Assembly: GCA_002084765.1 (NCBI GenBank)
Contig: NBMB01000031.1
Span: forward strand, 3,821 to 67,820
Source of the DNA: Candidatus Cloacimonetes bacterium 4572_55
Lineage (GTDB): Bacteria > 4572-55
Direction of reading: 5' to 3'
DNA length: 64,000 nucleotides
Part shown: one piece after another, positions 49,465 through 59,205 of the stretch
Numbering within the stretch: the stretch's first letter is position 1
Layout of the letters: each line of letters starts with the position of its first letter
Made by a program: the position numbers and the translations under genes
The notes under the pieces: model-generated
The model's database searches: none
What the model was told of the DNA's origin: nothing
What the model saw: the letters and a program-made list of their open reading frames with translations, nothing else

Positions 49465-50718
49465 ATGCCAACCTTTATATATGTTTTAAAAGACCATCGC
49501 GGGGTAAAAAAAGAGGGGTCGATTCAATCGGATACGCTGAACGCGGCTTTGAATAAGCTGTCTGAAGGTGGAAATACCGTTATTTCGGTAACAAGCTCGG
49601 CGGATAAATCAGGTAAGAAACAGGACAGTCTCCTGGATCGGTTATCCCTGGCTATCTATAAACTCCGTACCCGCGTTCCGATGCGTACGCTGGTCTTTTT
49701 TACTCGCCAGCTTGCCACCATGTTTGCCGCGGGTCTGACGCTGGAAAAGGCGTTGGGAAATCTTGCGAACGACGAACCGAATAAAAGATTTAAAAAAGCT
49801 CTGAGGAAGATCACCAGCGATGTGAAAAAGGGGCAGAGTTTGTCAGAAGCCCTGAGTGAGCATCCGGGGGTGTTCGACTCGCTCTATATAGCCCTGGTGA
49901 AAGCGGGCGAGATTAGCGGCACACTGACCAACAGTTTGGATGAATTGTCAAACTACTTGGAGACAGTTGAGGACACCCGACGCAAGGTGGTCAGCGGATT
50001 GACATATCCCGCGTTTATCAGCGTTTTTCTCACCGGCGTGATAGCGGTTTTGTTGATCTGGGTGATCCCCAGTTTCCGAGATGTGTACGCCAAATTCAAC
50101 GCCGAGCTACCTCTGCCGACCCAAATGCTATTGGAGTTCAGCGCATTTGTTCAGAAAAATTTGTTCCATACCGGAGTTTTTATTATTTTCGGCTTATTGG
50201 GCATATTCGTCTTTGGCTTGACGGATCGCGGTCGTTATTTTATCGACTCGATCAAAATACGATTGCCTGTACTGGGGGTCTTGCTGGAATATTCGATTAT
50301 GAGCAAATTTGCCAAGACGTTCGGAATCCTGATGGGAAGCGGCGTGCCTATAATGGAAGCACTCTCTTTATCACAAAATGTGGTGCGCAACCGGTTGATA
50401 GAGATAGCTATCCGAGATGCCCGCGGCATGGTTCGAGAGGGATATTCTATTGCTAATGCGCTGCGCAAAACAGAGCAGTTCCCCCCGACTCTTCTGCAGT
50501 TGACAGCCACCGGCGAAGAAACCGGCGAACTGGATACGCTACTCTATAAAGTCGCCGAGTTTTATGAGAAACAGTTGGACTCTGTCGTGAAGCGAATCAC
50601 CTCGCTGATCGAACCGGTAATTATCGTCTCCCTCGGAGCCGTGGTGTTGATCGTGGTGGTTGCGCTTTATTTGCCGGTTTTTGAGATGGGAAAGGCGATG
50701 AAGCGAGGAGTGAGATAA
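49465..50718 (+). CDS. pilC: Type IV pilus platform protein PilC (GspF family)
   Basis: 417-aa ORF with two T2SSF repeats (FTRQLATMFAAGLTLEKAL; FAKTFGILMGSGVPIMEAL) and three TM segments. Confidence 0.9.
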   Translation: MPTFIYVLKDHRGVKKEGSIQSDTLNAALNKLSEGGNTVISVTSSADKSGKKQDSLLDRLSLAIYKLRTRVPMRTLVFFTRQLATMFAAGLTLEKALGNLANDEPNKRFKKALRKITSDVKKGQSLSEALSEHPGVFDSLYIALVKAGEISGTLTNSLDELSNYLETVEDTRRKVVSGLTYPAFISVFLTGVIAVLLIWVIPSFRDVYAKFNAELPLPTQMLLEFSAFVQKNLFHTGVFIIFGLLGIFVFGLTDRGRYFIDSIKIRLPVLGVLLEYSIMSKFAKTFGILMGSGVPIMEALSLSQNVVRNRLIEIAIRDARGMVREGYSIANALRKTEQFPPTLLQLTATGEETGELDTLLYKVAEFYEKQLDSVVKRITSLIEPVIIVSLGAVVLIVVVALYLPVFEMGKAMKRGVR

Positions 50719-50751
50719 GTCTGACCTCTGAGAAATTTTTGGATAAATATC

Positions 50752-50786
50752 GGGTAACGGCGAAAACCGTTACCCATTTTTGTTTT
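50752..50786. terminator. Bidirectional terminator between convergent pilC and nrdJ
   Basis: gggtaacgg (50752-50760) pairs with ccgttaccc (50767-50775), followed by atttttgtttt. Confidence 0.7.
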
Positions 50787-50787
50787 A

Positions 50788-53082
50788 TCAAGCCAGATCG
50801 CAATGTCCAGAACTGCAAGCCACCTCCTGAGCCGCGGTGGTATAATCCTCTTTTTCATAACGATACAATTTTGAGTAATCGATTGTAGGAAACTCTGATA
50901 CAAGCCGGTTATACTCTTCTTCCGAGATTTCCACATAAGGCATCTGATCATATTCCGCGCCAAACGCAGGCAAATACGCCATCCCGCCAATTTTATCCTG
51001 ATGCTTCCATATCCATTTTATCAAATCCAACGCCTCATCCGGCTGATACGTAATTGTGACGCTGGGATTATGCTCTGTCCAATGCAGCTTATTCTGCAGC
51101 CAATATTCGCATTGCTCGATTGCCGAACGTTCTCCACGAGTAATCGCGTTATCCGGTGCTTTCATCGGGGAATGAATCACCCATGTTGTGGCATTTGCTA
51201 CAGTTTGTCCATTTTCCGGATCCATCGGCACTCCGCTATTTTTTAGGACCTTGAATATTGGAGTATGAGCTCCCACCCGAACATTGCGGATATAAAATTT
51301 CGACCAGCGTGCGTGAATTCCTGGCGAACAGTCCAACAACTGGGAGGAGTTGCCAGAGGGCTTGACGCAGGTAAGTGCTGCGGATTGGTTAATGCCCAAT
51401 TTTTTAGCGTAGACTTGGTTAGTCTTCAGAACTGTTTGCCGGAGTCGGCTCTGAACCTCGGGCTGTCTCACAAGAGGACAATCCAATTGTCCAGTAATAT
51501 CCACGCCAAGAAGCCGCTCTTCTTCGCAATTCTTTTTCCATTCGGGTCGAAGCCCGGGAAAATGGGTCGCCATAGACTGAATCGTGCCAATGATCGCCGC
51601 CAATTCCACCTTTTCTTGCAAGTCTTCATGTGTGTCATCAGGACGAGCCACTCCGATAGATAAATTGCAAAACTGATACGGGCGCAGGATGATCTCTCCG
51701 CAAGGATTTGTGCCGAATTTCGCAGGCTTACGGCGATCCGGAAGCGTGTTGATTGCAGCCTGACGGTTGAAAATCCCCGGCTCGCCCCGCTTGGACTCGA
51801 CCATCTCTAACACATAACGAGCCACTTCCACTTGATCCAGCGTCCGAGATGGCCACACTGCTGAGTTGTTCGCATTCCAACGTTGGCTGTTATTCCGTCC
51901 AAAATCACCGGTTTTGCAATGCCGCATCTCCATATCGTCATAATCGAACAGAGCGATCATTGCCGTGCGCCGAACGCCTCCGGAAACCGCGGCGTTGCCC
52001 ACTGCGCACATGATATCGTGCGCGTCCAGAGATCGGAGAAAACCGCCCTGTCTCGCCAGAATTCGAGCGCGGGTAAACTCCAACATCTTCCGTAATGGTT
52101 CTGGTCCAGAAGCCCGACCCCCTTTGATCCGTAAGACCGATCCAGCCGGTCGAATCTGTGAGAAATCAAAGCGAATGTCCTCGCCGCAGAACCATGTCTG
52201 GAGACCGACTCGTAGCGCCTCGGCCCACCCTTCTGCGGAGTCCTCTACGACCATTTTTCGCGCAGCGCGGTGGGTCTGCCGCAAAACGCGAGGAAATTTT
52301 TCGATATACTCATTTTCGACCGTATAGCCTACGCCGCATCCGCACATGGATATAATCAGAGCCTCTACAAACGAATCCACGCTATCGACCGGAAGATATG
52401 AGCAGTTATAAATCGTCACATTATTCCTTCTTGCGGCGGACCCAGCCATAGCCAACAATCGCATCGACGGCATGACCCTCATATCCAAAATCGCTTGATG
52501 TAGCCGTTGATATGTCTGATCCGATAGGCGGTATTCCGACAGTTCTCTCAGAAACTCGACCGCGCGATCCACGGTCTCGATCCAGGTCTCACGTCGACCC
52601 AACTCATAGTTGAATCGAGAATATTTATCATAAAATTGAAATTTTTGCAATTGCGTGGGGAAATATTGATCCGACTCTTTAAACGTCTCTCGAACCTCAT
52701 CCGGTATTGGACGCTCTTCACGCAGCCGAGCGCGCTCAGCTCGGTACAAAATATAGCTTTTTGCCGCGTCGTACTCGCCTGCCGCTTGAAGCGTCATCTC
52801 CACAATATCCTGAACCTGCTCTACCGTGGGCTGGCTATATTTCGCGGCAACAATATTTGTCGCTTGCTTCGCCAGTTCCGACGCCGGAGTCAGCGGCTTA
52901 ATTCCAAGACCGGAAAAACAACGTCCGATCGCACGCTCGATCAAATCCACGTCAAACGGAACAATTCGTCCGTCCCGTTTGAGAATAGTTTTTGGTATCG
53001 CAACCCTGACCTTATTTGGGATGCGATACTTTAATTTCATTCTTCTTGCGCCGCCGTTTATCGGCACTACAGAGCTTACCAT
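50788..53082 (-). CDS. nrdJ: Adenosylcobalamin-dependent (class II) ribonucleotide reductase with N-terminal ATP-cone
   Basis: 764-aa ORF. ATP-cone ILKRDGRIVPFDVDLIERAI. Active-site TNPCGEIILRPYQFCNLS. C-terminal redox pair CSSGHC. Confidence 0.9.
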   Translation of the reverse strand: MVSSVVPINGGARRMKLKYRIPNKVRVAIPKTILKRDGRIVPFDVDLIERAIGRCFSGLGIKPLTPASELAKQATNIVAAKYSQPTVEQVQDIVEMTLQAAGEYDAAKSYILYRAERARLREERPIPDEVRETFKESDQYFPTQLQKFQFYDKYSRFNYELGRRETWIETVDRAVEFLRELSEYRLSDQTYQRLHQAILDMRVMPSMRLLAMAGSAARRNNVTIYNCSYLPVDSVDSFVEALIISMCGCGVGYTVENEYIEKFPRVLRQTHRAARKMVVEDSAEGWAEALRVGLQTWFCGEDIRFDFSQIRPAGSVLRIKGGRASGPEPLRKMLEFTRARILARQGGFLRSLDAHDIMCAVGNAAVSGGVRRTAMIALFDYDDMEMRHCKTGDFGRNNSQRWNANNSAVWPSRTLDQVEVARYVLEMVESKRGEPGIFNRQAAINTLPDRRKPAKFGTNPCGEIILRPYQFCNLSIGVARPDDTHEDLQEKVELAAIIGTIQSMATHFPGLRPEWKKNCEEERLLGVDITGQLDCPLVRQPEVQSRLRQTVLKTNQVYAKKLGINQSAALTCVKPSGNSSQLLDCSPGIHARWSKFYIRNVRVGAHTPIFKVLKNSGVPMDPENGQTVANATTWVIHSPMKAPDNAITRGERSAIEQCEYWLQNKLHWTEHNPSVTITYQPDEALDLIKWIWKHQDKIGGMAYLPAFGAEYDQMPYVEISEEEYNRLVSEFPTIDYSKLYRYEKEDYTTAAQEVACSSGHCDLA

Positions 53083-53294
53083 CTCATATCCTTTCTATAA
53101 CAGTTTGAATACTTAATTTAATTTAAAATGATACAGATAAAAATGTCTTTAATTTTTTTAAACATTTTTATGCACCACGGAAGTCAACTAATAAAAATAA
53201 TGAAAACAAAAAAAAAATCAACCGTTGGAGATTGTTTGATATTGCGCTGGCGACTATCGGCGCGATTTTGGTTTCATTCGGGTGATTTTGTCGC

Positions 53295-54026
53295 TCACCA
53301 AATAATCAGACGGATAGCGATTGCCATCAAAAGAGCCCCGGCTACCCGGCTGAACCAAATTTCCGACAACTTGAAAAATAATCGGTTTCCGAGATAAATT
53401 CCCAGAAAAAGCGCGGGAATCGAGATTAAACAGATGGTCAGCAATCGCAAATCGATTATCCCGGTCAGAGTATAAGCGGTTGTTCTCGCGGCGGCAGTCA
53501 TCAAAAAAATAGCGATCATCATCTGCCGGAATAGCCGCTTGACAAAGCGATGTCCCAGATAAAAAACAATGATCGGTCCGCTGATCCCGAACAATCCGTC
53601 GCTGATTCCAGCCAATAGACCGACTCCACAATCCAAAGCAGAACCGCGGCTGGGCAACCTGGTTTGTAATAAAGTCGCTTTCCGATGACGAAAAAATATA
53701 AGCCATATCCCGATACAAAAGATAATAACCCCGAGCAATGGCGTAAAGATTTGATCCGGAAGTTTTTCTAAAAACGCACTGCCTATGAGAGCCCCTAAGA
53801 CCATTGGTGCCGCTATGTAGAGCCAAAATCGACGTCCCGACCGAATTGGGTCCAGATAAAGTAAGTATCCGCCCGCGACAACATCCAGCATTGCTGAGAC
53901 AATAATCGCGGATTTGGATCCGATCAACAGGGATCCGATCGGAATAATGAGCAAAGCCGGTCCAAATCCGGTAGCACCTTTCAAAAAATAGGCGGCAAGT
54001 GCCACAATCGGTAAGTATATTTCCAT
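53295..54026 (-). CDS. TauE/SafE family (DUF81) anion exporter membrane protein
   Basis: 243-aa ORF. FLKGATGFGPALLIIP and GISDGLFGISGPIIV are the duplicated family motif, with ~8 TM helices. Confidence 0.8.
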   Translation of the reverse strand: MEIYLPIVALAAYFLKGATGFGPALLIIPIGSLLIGSKSAIIVSAMLDVVAGGYLLYLDPIRSGRRFWLYIAAPMVLGALIGSAFLEKLPDQIFTPLLGVIIFCIGIWLIFFRHRKATLLQTRLPSRGSALDCGVGLLAGISDGLFGISGPIIVFYLGHRFVKRLFRQMMIAIFLMTAAARTTAYTLTGIIDLRLLTICLISIPALFLGIYLGNRLFFKLSEIWFSRVAGALLMAIAIRLIIW

Positions 54027-54251
54027 TGGATTTCCTCGTTGGCATACGTTTTTTGGGGATGGGATAGCAGAGTCGTATCTTGATCATTCACACGGATTCA
54101 AGATATGAAAACAAACGAGTCTGTCAACAAATTTGTGTCATTTCCACCAAAGAGGCGTGAGTATGATCCAAAAGTAAATTACCCATTGCATGTGATACTT
54201 TTATGCTAAGTCAAAAAATTAGCCCTTGCTTTTTACAATTCGATCTTTGAT

Positions 54252-54293
54252 ATTAGACCTTGTGATGCAGTGTTGCAAGGTCTAATTTTTTTT
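54252..54293 (+). terminator. Orphan terminator-like hairpin at the left border of the defence islet
   Basis: attagaccttg (54252-54262) pairs with caaggtctaat (54276-54286), followed by ttttttt. There is no + strand gene upstream to terminate. Confidence 0.45.
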
Positions 54294-54336
54294 GGAGATT
54301 GACCGACTTTTTTAAATACTTGCATAGGAAATACAA

Positions 54337-57300
54337 ATGAAGCTATTGATCGATACTAAAAACCGAATGGTTAATAATTATATAAAAAAATTAAATATAA
54401 AATTCAAAACGGGTATTTCGACGGAACACTCGTATAGAGGCGATTTGCAAATTCTTTTGGAATCATTATCTGATGACGTGCTTGTGACCAATGAGCCAAA
54501 GCGCATTAAATGTGGCGCGCCGGATTATATCATTACCGAAAACAATATTCCGATTGGATATATCGAGGCAAAAGATATCGGCGCGTCCCTTAAGAAGACA
54601 GATAAGACCGAGCAGTTGAAACGCTATAAAGCCAGTTTAGATAATCTGATTTTAACCGATTATCTGGATTTTTGGCTCTATCGTGGCGGAAAATTCATCA
54701 CTTCGGTTGCTATCGCCGAAATATCAGGCGGCAAACTCACTCCCCTGGCACAAAATTATCAGGATTTTGAAGACCTGATCCTGAATTTTTATACGCATAC
54801 GGGTCAATCGATCAAGTCGGCTCAGAATTTGGCTGAGATGATGGCCGGCAAAGCGCGCATGATGCAGGCGGTGATTGACAAGGCTTTGTGCAGCGATGTG
54901 CAGGATTATCAAAACAGCTCTCTGAAAGACCAGATGGAGGCTTTCAAACGCATTCTGATCCATGATATCACGCCTTCCGAATTTGCCGACATTTATGCGC
55001 AGACCATTGCTTACGGCATGTTTGCTGCCCGTTTGAACGATCCGACTCTCGATGATTTTTCCAGGCGGGAAGCCGCTGAGCTGATCCCTAAAACCAATCC
55101 GTTTTTAAGACGGCTTTTCGGCTATATTGCCGGACCTGACATCGATGACCGCATCTTATGGATTGTGGACGCTTTGGCCGATATTTTCCGAGCAACAGAC
55201 GTGGCGGCAATCATGCATAATTTTGGCAGCTCCACGCAGATGAATGATCCGGTCATCCATTTTTACGAAACTTTTCTGGCAAAATACAATCCCAAACTCC
55301 GTAAAAGCCGGGGGGTCTGGTACACGCCCGAACCTGTGGTAAATTTCATTGTGCGGGCTGTAGACGATATTTTGAAAACCGAATTCGACCTGCCCCAGGG
55401 CTTGGCTGATACATCGAAAGTGCAGATCAATGCCCAGGGCGTCGCAGGCAAAGTCAAAAAAGATGTGCATAAAGTGCAGATTCTCGACCCCGCGACCGGC
55501 ACCGGCACCTTTCTTGCCGAAGTGATTAAGCAGATTCACAAGAAATTCAAAGGGCAGCAAGGTATCTGGAGCAGGTATGTGGAAAAGGAGCTGATTCCGC
55601 GCCTGAACGGTTTTGAAATTCTCATGGCTTCGTATGCCATGGCCCATCTAAAGTTAGATATGCTGCTGCGCGAAACCGGATACAAACCGAAAAATGAGAA
55701 TCGTTTCCGCGTGTTTCTGACCAACAGCCTCGAAGAAGCGCACCCTGATAGTGCTACCCTTTTTGCCACTTGGCTTTCGCAAGAGGCGACCGAGGCAAAT
55801 CAGATTAAGCGGGATACGCCGGTGATGTGTGTGATCGGGAATCCGCCTTATGCGATAAGTAGCAGTAATAAGGGTGATTGGATAGACAGTTTGATGAATG
55901 ATTATAAAAGAGGACTAAAAGAAAGAAATATACAGCCTTTATCTGATGATTATATAAAGTTTATAAGGTATGCACAGTATTTTATTGAAAGGAATAAGGA
56001 AGGAATTTTAGCATTTATTACAAACAACAGTTTTTTAGATGGTGTAATACACAGAGTTATGCGAAAAAGTATTTATAAATGTTTTGACAAAATTTATATT
56101 ATAGACCTTCATGGTAGCTTGAAACGAAAGGAAATTGCACCTGACGGTTATCCAGATGAGAATGTGTTTGATATTCAACCGGGAGTTTGTATTTTAATTT
56201 TTATTAAAAAAAAAGGCATAAAAAAATCAATAAATATATATGACCTTTTGGGGAAAAGAAAAAATAAATACGCTTTTTGTAATAAGGAAACACTCTCATC
56301 TATTAACTGGAAAACTTTCATAATAGACAGAACAAACCATCTTTTTAAATATATTGATAATGATATTAAAAAGTTATATGATAAATATTTGCCTGTCATT
56401 AACTTAATACCTTTTAAAACAAGTGGTATTAAAACGCATGGTGACTCATTCCTGACTAACTTCAGTTTAAATGAATTACGTACAAGTGTCACTGATCATT
56501 TTAATAAATTGGATTATAACCCTGAGCATGAAGAATTATATTGTTACCGACCTTTAAATATAAAATGGTTGTATAATGACTCTGAGTTGATAGGCCGATC
56601 AAGAAAAAAAACAATCTATCATTTAAAATATGACAATGTAGGTATTATACTCGTAAGACAATCACAGGTTATAAGCACAGAAATTTTTAGTGCTGTGTTT
56701 ATCACAAAATGCCTTACAGATACAAATATGTTTCGAAGGGGTGGGCCGCTTGTATTTCCACTCTATTTATACCCGCCGGAAAGCAATGAACAACAAACAT
56801 TTGATGATAAGAAAGAACGTAAACCCAATCTTGACGCGGACATAGTCAAACAAATCGCAAAATCTCTACAACTGACCTTTACCACTGAAAAAGAGGCAAC
56901 AAAAAACACCTTCGCCCCCATTGACATCCTCGACTACATCTACGCGGTTTTGCATTCCCCATCCTATCGCGAAAAATACAAAGAATTTCTGAAAATAGAC
57001 TTCCCGCGCGTCCCCTATCCGAAAAACAAAACTGTTTTCTGGCAACTTGTCACACTCGGCGGGGAACTCCGGACCATTCATCTGCTGGAAAATCCCATAG
57101 TCGAACAATATATCACAACCTATCCCGAAGATGGCGACAATATCGTCACGCGCCGTATCGTTAAAAAAGATTATGAGATCACGGATACGGCAAATCAGAC
57201 AGGGCACGTCTGGATAAACGCCCAACAATATTTTGGCGACGTTCCTCAAGCGGCTTGGGACTTTTATATCGGGGGGTATCAGCCCGCCAGAAAATGGCTG

Positions 57301-57420
57301 AAAGACCGGCGTGGCAGAGAGCTTGCTTTTGAGGATATTTTGCATTATCAAAAGATCATCGTCGCGCTGACCGAAACTGATAGAATTATGAAATGTATTG
57401 ATCTAATTGACTTTTCTTGA
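54337..57420 (+). CDS. Single-polypeptide Type IIG-like restriction-modification enzyme (PD-(D/E)XK-like N-terminus + gamma-class N6-adenine MTase + specificity region)
   Basis: 1027-aa ORF. GAPDYIITENNIPIGYIEAKDIG (D-x13-ExK). Motif I ILDPATGTGTFL. Motif IV VIGNPPYA. C-terminal DILDYIYAVLHSPSYREKYKEFLKIDFPRVPYP is typical of Type ISP/IIG-related enzymes. Nuclease activity is inferred only. Confidence 0.8.
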   Translation: MKLLIDTKNRMVNNYIKKLNIKFKTGISTEHSYRGDLQILLESLSDDVLVTNEPKRIKCGAPDYIITENNIPIGYIEAKDIGASLKKTDKTEQLKRYKASLDNLILTDYLDFWLYRGGKFITSVAIAEISGGKLTPLAQNYQDFEDLILNFYTHTGQSIKSAQNLAEMMAGKARMMQAVIDKALCSDVQDYQNSSLKDQMEAFKRILIHDITPSEFADIYAQTIAYGMFAARLNDPTLDDFSRREAAELIPKTNPFLRRLFGYIAGPDIDDRILWIVDALADIFRATDVAAIMHNFGSSTQMNDPVIHFYETFLAKYNPKLRKSRGVWYTPEPVVNFIVRAVDDILKTEFDLPQGLADTSKVQINAQGVAGKVKKDVHKVQILDPATGTGTFLAEVIKQIHKKFKGQQGIWSRYVEKELIPRLNGFEILMASYAMAHLKLDMLLRETGYKPKNENRFRVFLTNSLEEAHPDSATLFATWLSQEATEANQIKRDTPVMCVIGNPPYAISSSNKGDWIDSLMNDYKRGLKERNIQPLSDDYIKFIRYAQYFIERNKEGILAFITNNSFLDGVIHRVMRKSIYKCFDKIYIIDLHGSLKRKEIAPDGYPDENVFDIQPGVCILIFIKKKGIKKSINIYDLLGKRKNKYAFCNKETLSSINWKTFIIDRTNHLFKYIDNDIKKLYDKYLPVINLIPFKTSGIKTHGDSFLTNFSLNELRTSVTDHFNKLDYNPEHEELYCYRPLNIKWLYNDSELIGRSRKKTIYHLKYDNVGIILVRQSQVISTEIFSAVFITKCLTDTNMFRRGGPLVFPLYLYPPESNEQQTFDDKKERKPNLDADIVKQIAKSLQLTFTTEKEATKNTFAPIDILDYIYAVLHSPSYREKYKEFLKIDFPRVPYPKNKTVFWQLVTLGGELRTIHLLENPIVEQYITTYPEDGDNIVTRRIVKKDYEITDTANQTGHVWINAQQYFGDVPQAAWDFYIGGYQPARKWLKDRRGRELAFEDILHYQKIIVALTETDRIMKCIDLIDFS
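57373..57414 (+). repeat. Direct repeat, left copy (3' end of the R-M ORF)
   Basis: gaaactgatagaattatgaaatgtattgatctaattgacttt matches 59187-59229 with 1 mismatch and 1 indel. Confidence 0.9.
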
Positions 57421-57436
57421 GAATGGAGATAAATAA

Positions 57437-58504
57437 ATGATTGACTCATTTTCTATTAAAGGGTTTAAACAATTCACAGATTTGTTTTTGCAGGGTTTGA
57501 AACCGATAACCTTGATAGGCGGTAAGAACAACACCGGCAAAACAACAGTCCTTGAAGCACTTTTCATGCTTTATGACAGGGGCAATGCGGGAGTCACTAT
57601 GCGTCATCTTTTTTGGAGAGGCGTGGGCTCGATACCCCTTAATCCGGATTCGCTCTGGTCTCCGATTTTTCGTTCCTACGATATGAATAAGCCGATTGAA
57701 ATGAAAATCTGTGAAAATGGCATAACTGAAAAGATTGAGATAGAACATAAGAACGAATTTAAAACGCTCCTCTCTGCTTCGCCATTTGAAAAAGGCTCCC
57801 TGCCCAAAATTGAGACAGGCCAGCGCCCATTGATGACTGAATTCCTTGAATTCCGTTATTTTGCCAATGATAAAAAGACGGGGGAATCTTTCTTGACGCT
57901 TGGGGATCGCAAGTTAGATATGCAGTATAGTTTTAGCAAACCATCAAAAAAAATCGCTTTCATCGGTTCAGGCTTGCACCACAATTCGGTGGAGGATTCG
58001 GTGCTCTTCGGACAGTTGGATATTCAGGGGCATACGGAAAAGATCACAGAGGTTTTGAAAATCATTGAGCCGAATCTGAAGTCCCTGAGAACCATTTCTC
58101 ACGGAGAACACGCGTTGATTTATGGGGATATCGGCTTACAGCGCAAAATTCCAGTCGCCCACATGGGAGGGGGAGTGGCAAAAGTGCTTTCAATTTTTCT
58201 ATCCATCGCTACCAATGCTGGCGGAATCGTTTTAATTGACGAAATTGAAAACGGATGGCATTATTCATGTCTTCCCAACATATTGAAAGCGATTCATAAA
58301 ATGGCAAAGGAGTATAATTGTCAGATCATTGCGACAACGCATAGCTATGAAATCGGTCAATCACTGATAAAAGGGTTATCTCCTGAAGACCTATCGGATT
58401 TGGCTTATATAAGGCTTGATAAGACAAAAGAGCGTATAAAGCCGCATGTTTATGAAGCCCGAATGTTGGCTGCTGCTTTGGAAAGAAGATGGGAGATAAG
58501 ATAA
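57437..58504 (+). CDS. ABC/SMC-type AAA ATPase (AAA_21/AAA_15-like), OLD-family-type ATPase module
   Basis: 355-aa ORF. Walker A IGGKNNTGKTT, signature-like HMGGGVAK, Walker B IVLIDEIENGWH, H-loop IATTHS. It starts 16 nt after the R-M stop, behind a GGAG RBS. Confidence 0.8.
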   Translation: MIDSFSIKGFKQFTDLFLQGLKPITLIGGKNNTGKTTVLEALFMLYDRGNAGVTMRHLFWRGVGSIPLNPDSLWSPIFRSYDMNKPIEMKICENGITEKIEIEHKNEFKTLLSASPFEKGSLPKIETGQRPLMTEFLEFRYFANDKKTGESFLTLGDRKLDMQYSFSKPSKKIAFIGSGLHHNSVEDSVLFGQLDIQGHTEKITEVLKIIEPNLKSLRTISHGEHALIYGDIGLQRKIPVAHMGGGVAKVLSIFLSIATNAGGIVLIDEIENGWHYSCLPNILKAIHKMAKEYNCQIIATTHSYEIGQSLIKGLSPEDLSDLAYIRLDKTKERIKPHVYEARMLAAALERRWEIR

Positions 58505-59205
58505 TGGAAAATAAAGATCGTATTCTTGTTGACAAAGAAAATTTGGATACCTCGGAAGTTATTGACAAAGACAATTTGCTGATCGTGGAAGGTAAGGATG
58601 AGATCGGTTTTTTTGAAGCACTTTTGGCGCATATCAATGCTGAGGATAAAGTTCAAATTGTCCCGGTTGGCGGAAAGGACCAGTTTAAAAATGAATTTCC
58701 AACACTTCTCGAAAGCCCGAACTTTTCAAGAGTCAAGAGCTATGGGATTGTAAGGGACGCGGATGACAATGCTGATAATACATTTCAAAGTGTGCAAGGA
58801 CTGTTGCGTCGGTATGATCAGCCAATCCCGCAAGCGTCGGGGGAAATTATATCCTTGAATGGTGTCGCCACAGGCGTTTTTATTATGCCCGGTAACTCAG
58901 AAGAAGGCATGTTGGAAAATTTGTGTCTCAAGACGGTTGATGATCATCCTGTGTCCGATTGTGTGGATAAGTATATCGACTGTCTACATAAAACATTGGA
59001 GCATAGGGAAAAAAATACACCTAAAGACCCGAACACGTATTATTTCCCTAAGAATGAAGCAAAAGTAAAAATGTATGCTTTTTTAGCCGGTATGAACACC
59101 TACATACCCAGTTTGGGAATTGCCGCCAAGAAAGGGTATTTTAATCTTAATTCAGAAATTCTCGATGATATCAAAGCGTTTTTGCAGAAACTGATAGGAT
59201 TATGA
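58504..59205 (+). CDS. Small Toprim-like protein (DUF3226/DUF4435-type by motif memory), partner of the ATPase
   Basis: The start MENKDRILV overlaps the ATPase stop as TAATG. LLIVEGKDEIGFF (Glu), IVPVGGK and GIVRDADDNAD (DxD) form a Toprim-like acidic pattern, followed by IMPGNSEEGMLENLCL. 233 aa. Confidence 0.65.
   Translation: MENKDRILVDKENLDTSEVIDKDNLLIVEGKDEIGFFEALLAHINAEDKVQIVPVGGKDQFKNEFPTLLESPNFSRVKSYGIVRDADDNADNTFQSVQGLLRRYDQPIPQASGEIISLNGVATGVFIMPGNSEEGMLENLCLKTVDDHPVSDCVDKYIDCLHKTLEHREKNTPKDPNTYYFPKNEAKVKMYAFLAGMNTYIPSLGIAAKKGYFNLNSEILDDIKAFLQKLIGL

Noticed and set aside
53083-53294. Cobalamin riboswitch or NrdR box upstream of nrdJ
   Set aside because: The region is AT-rich with no recognisable B12-box (no conserved GCCACTG-like core). 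I saw no palindromic NrdR-box pair by eye, and this cannot be excluded without a covariance-model scan.
53254-54087. 277-aa minus-strand ORF overlapping tauE in another frame
   Set aside because: The 243-aa frame gives a clean DUF81/TauE membrane protein with the duplicated G-rich motif. The alternative frame gives Arg/Cys-rich non-membrane junk.
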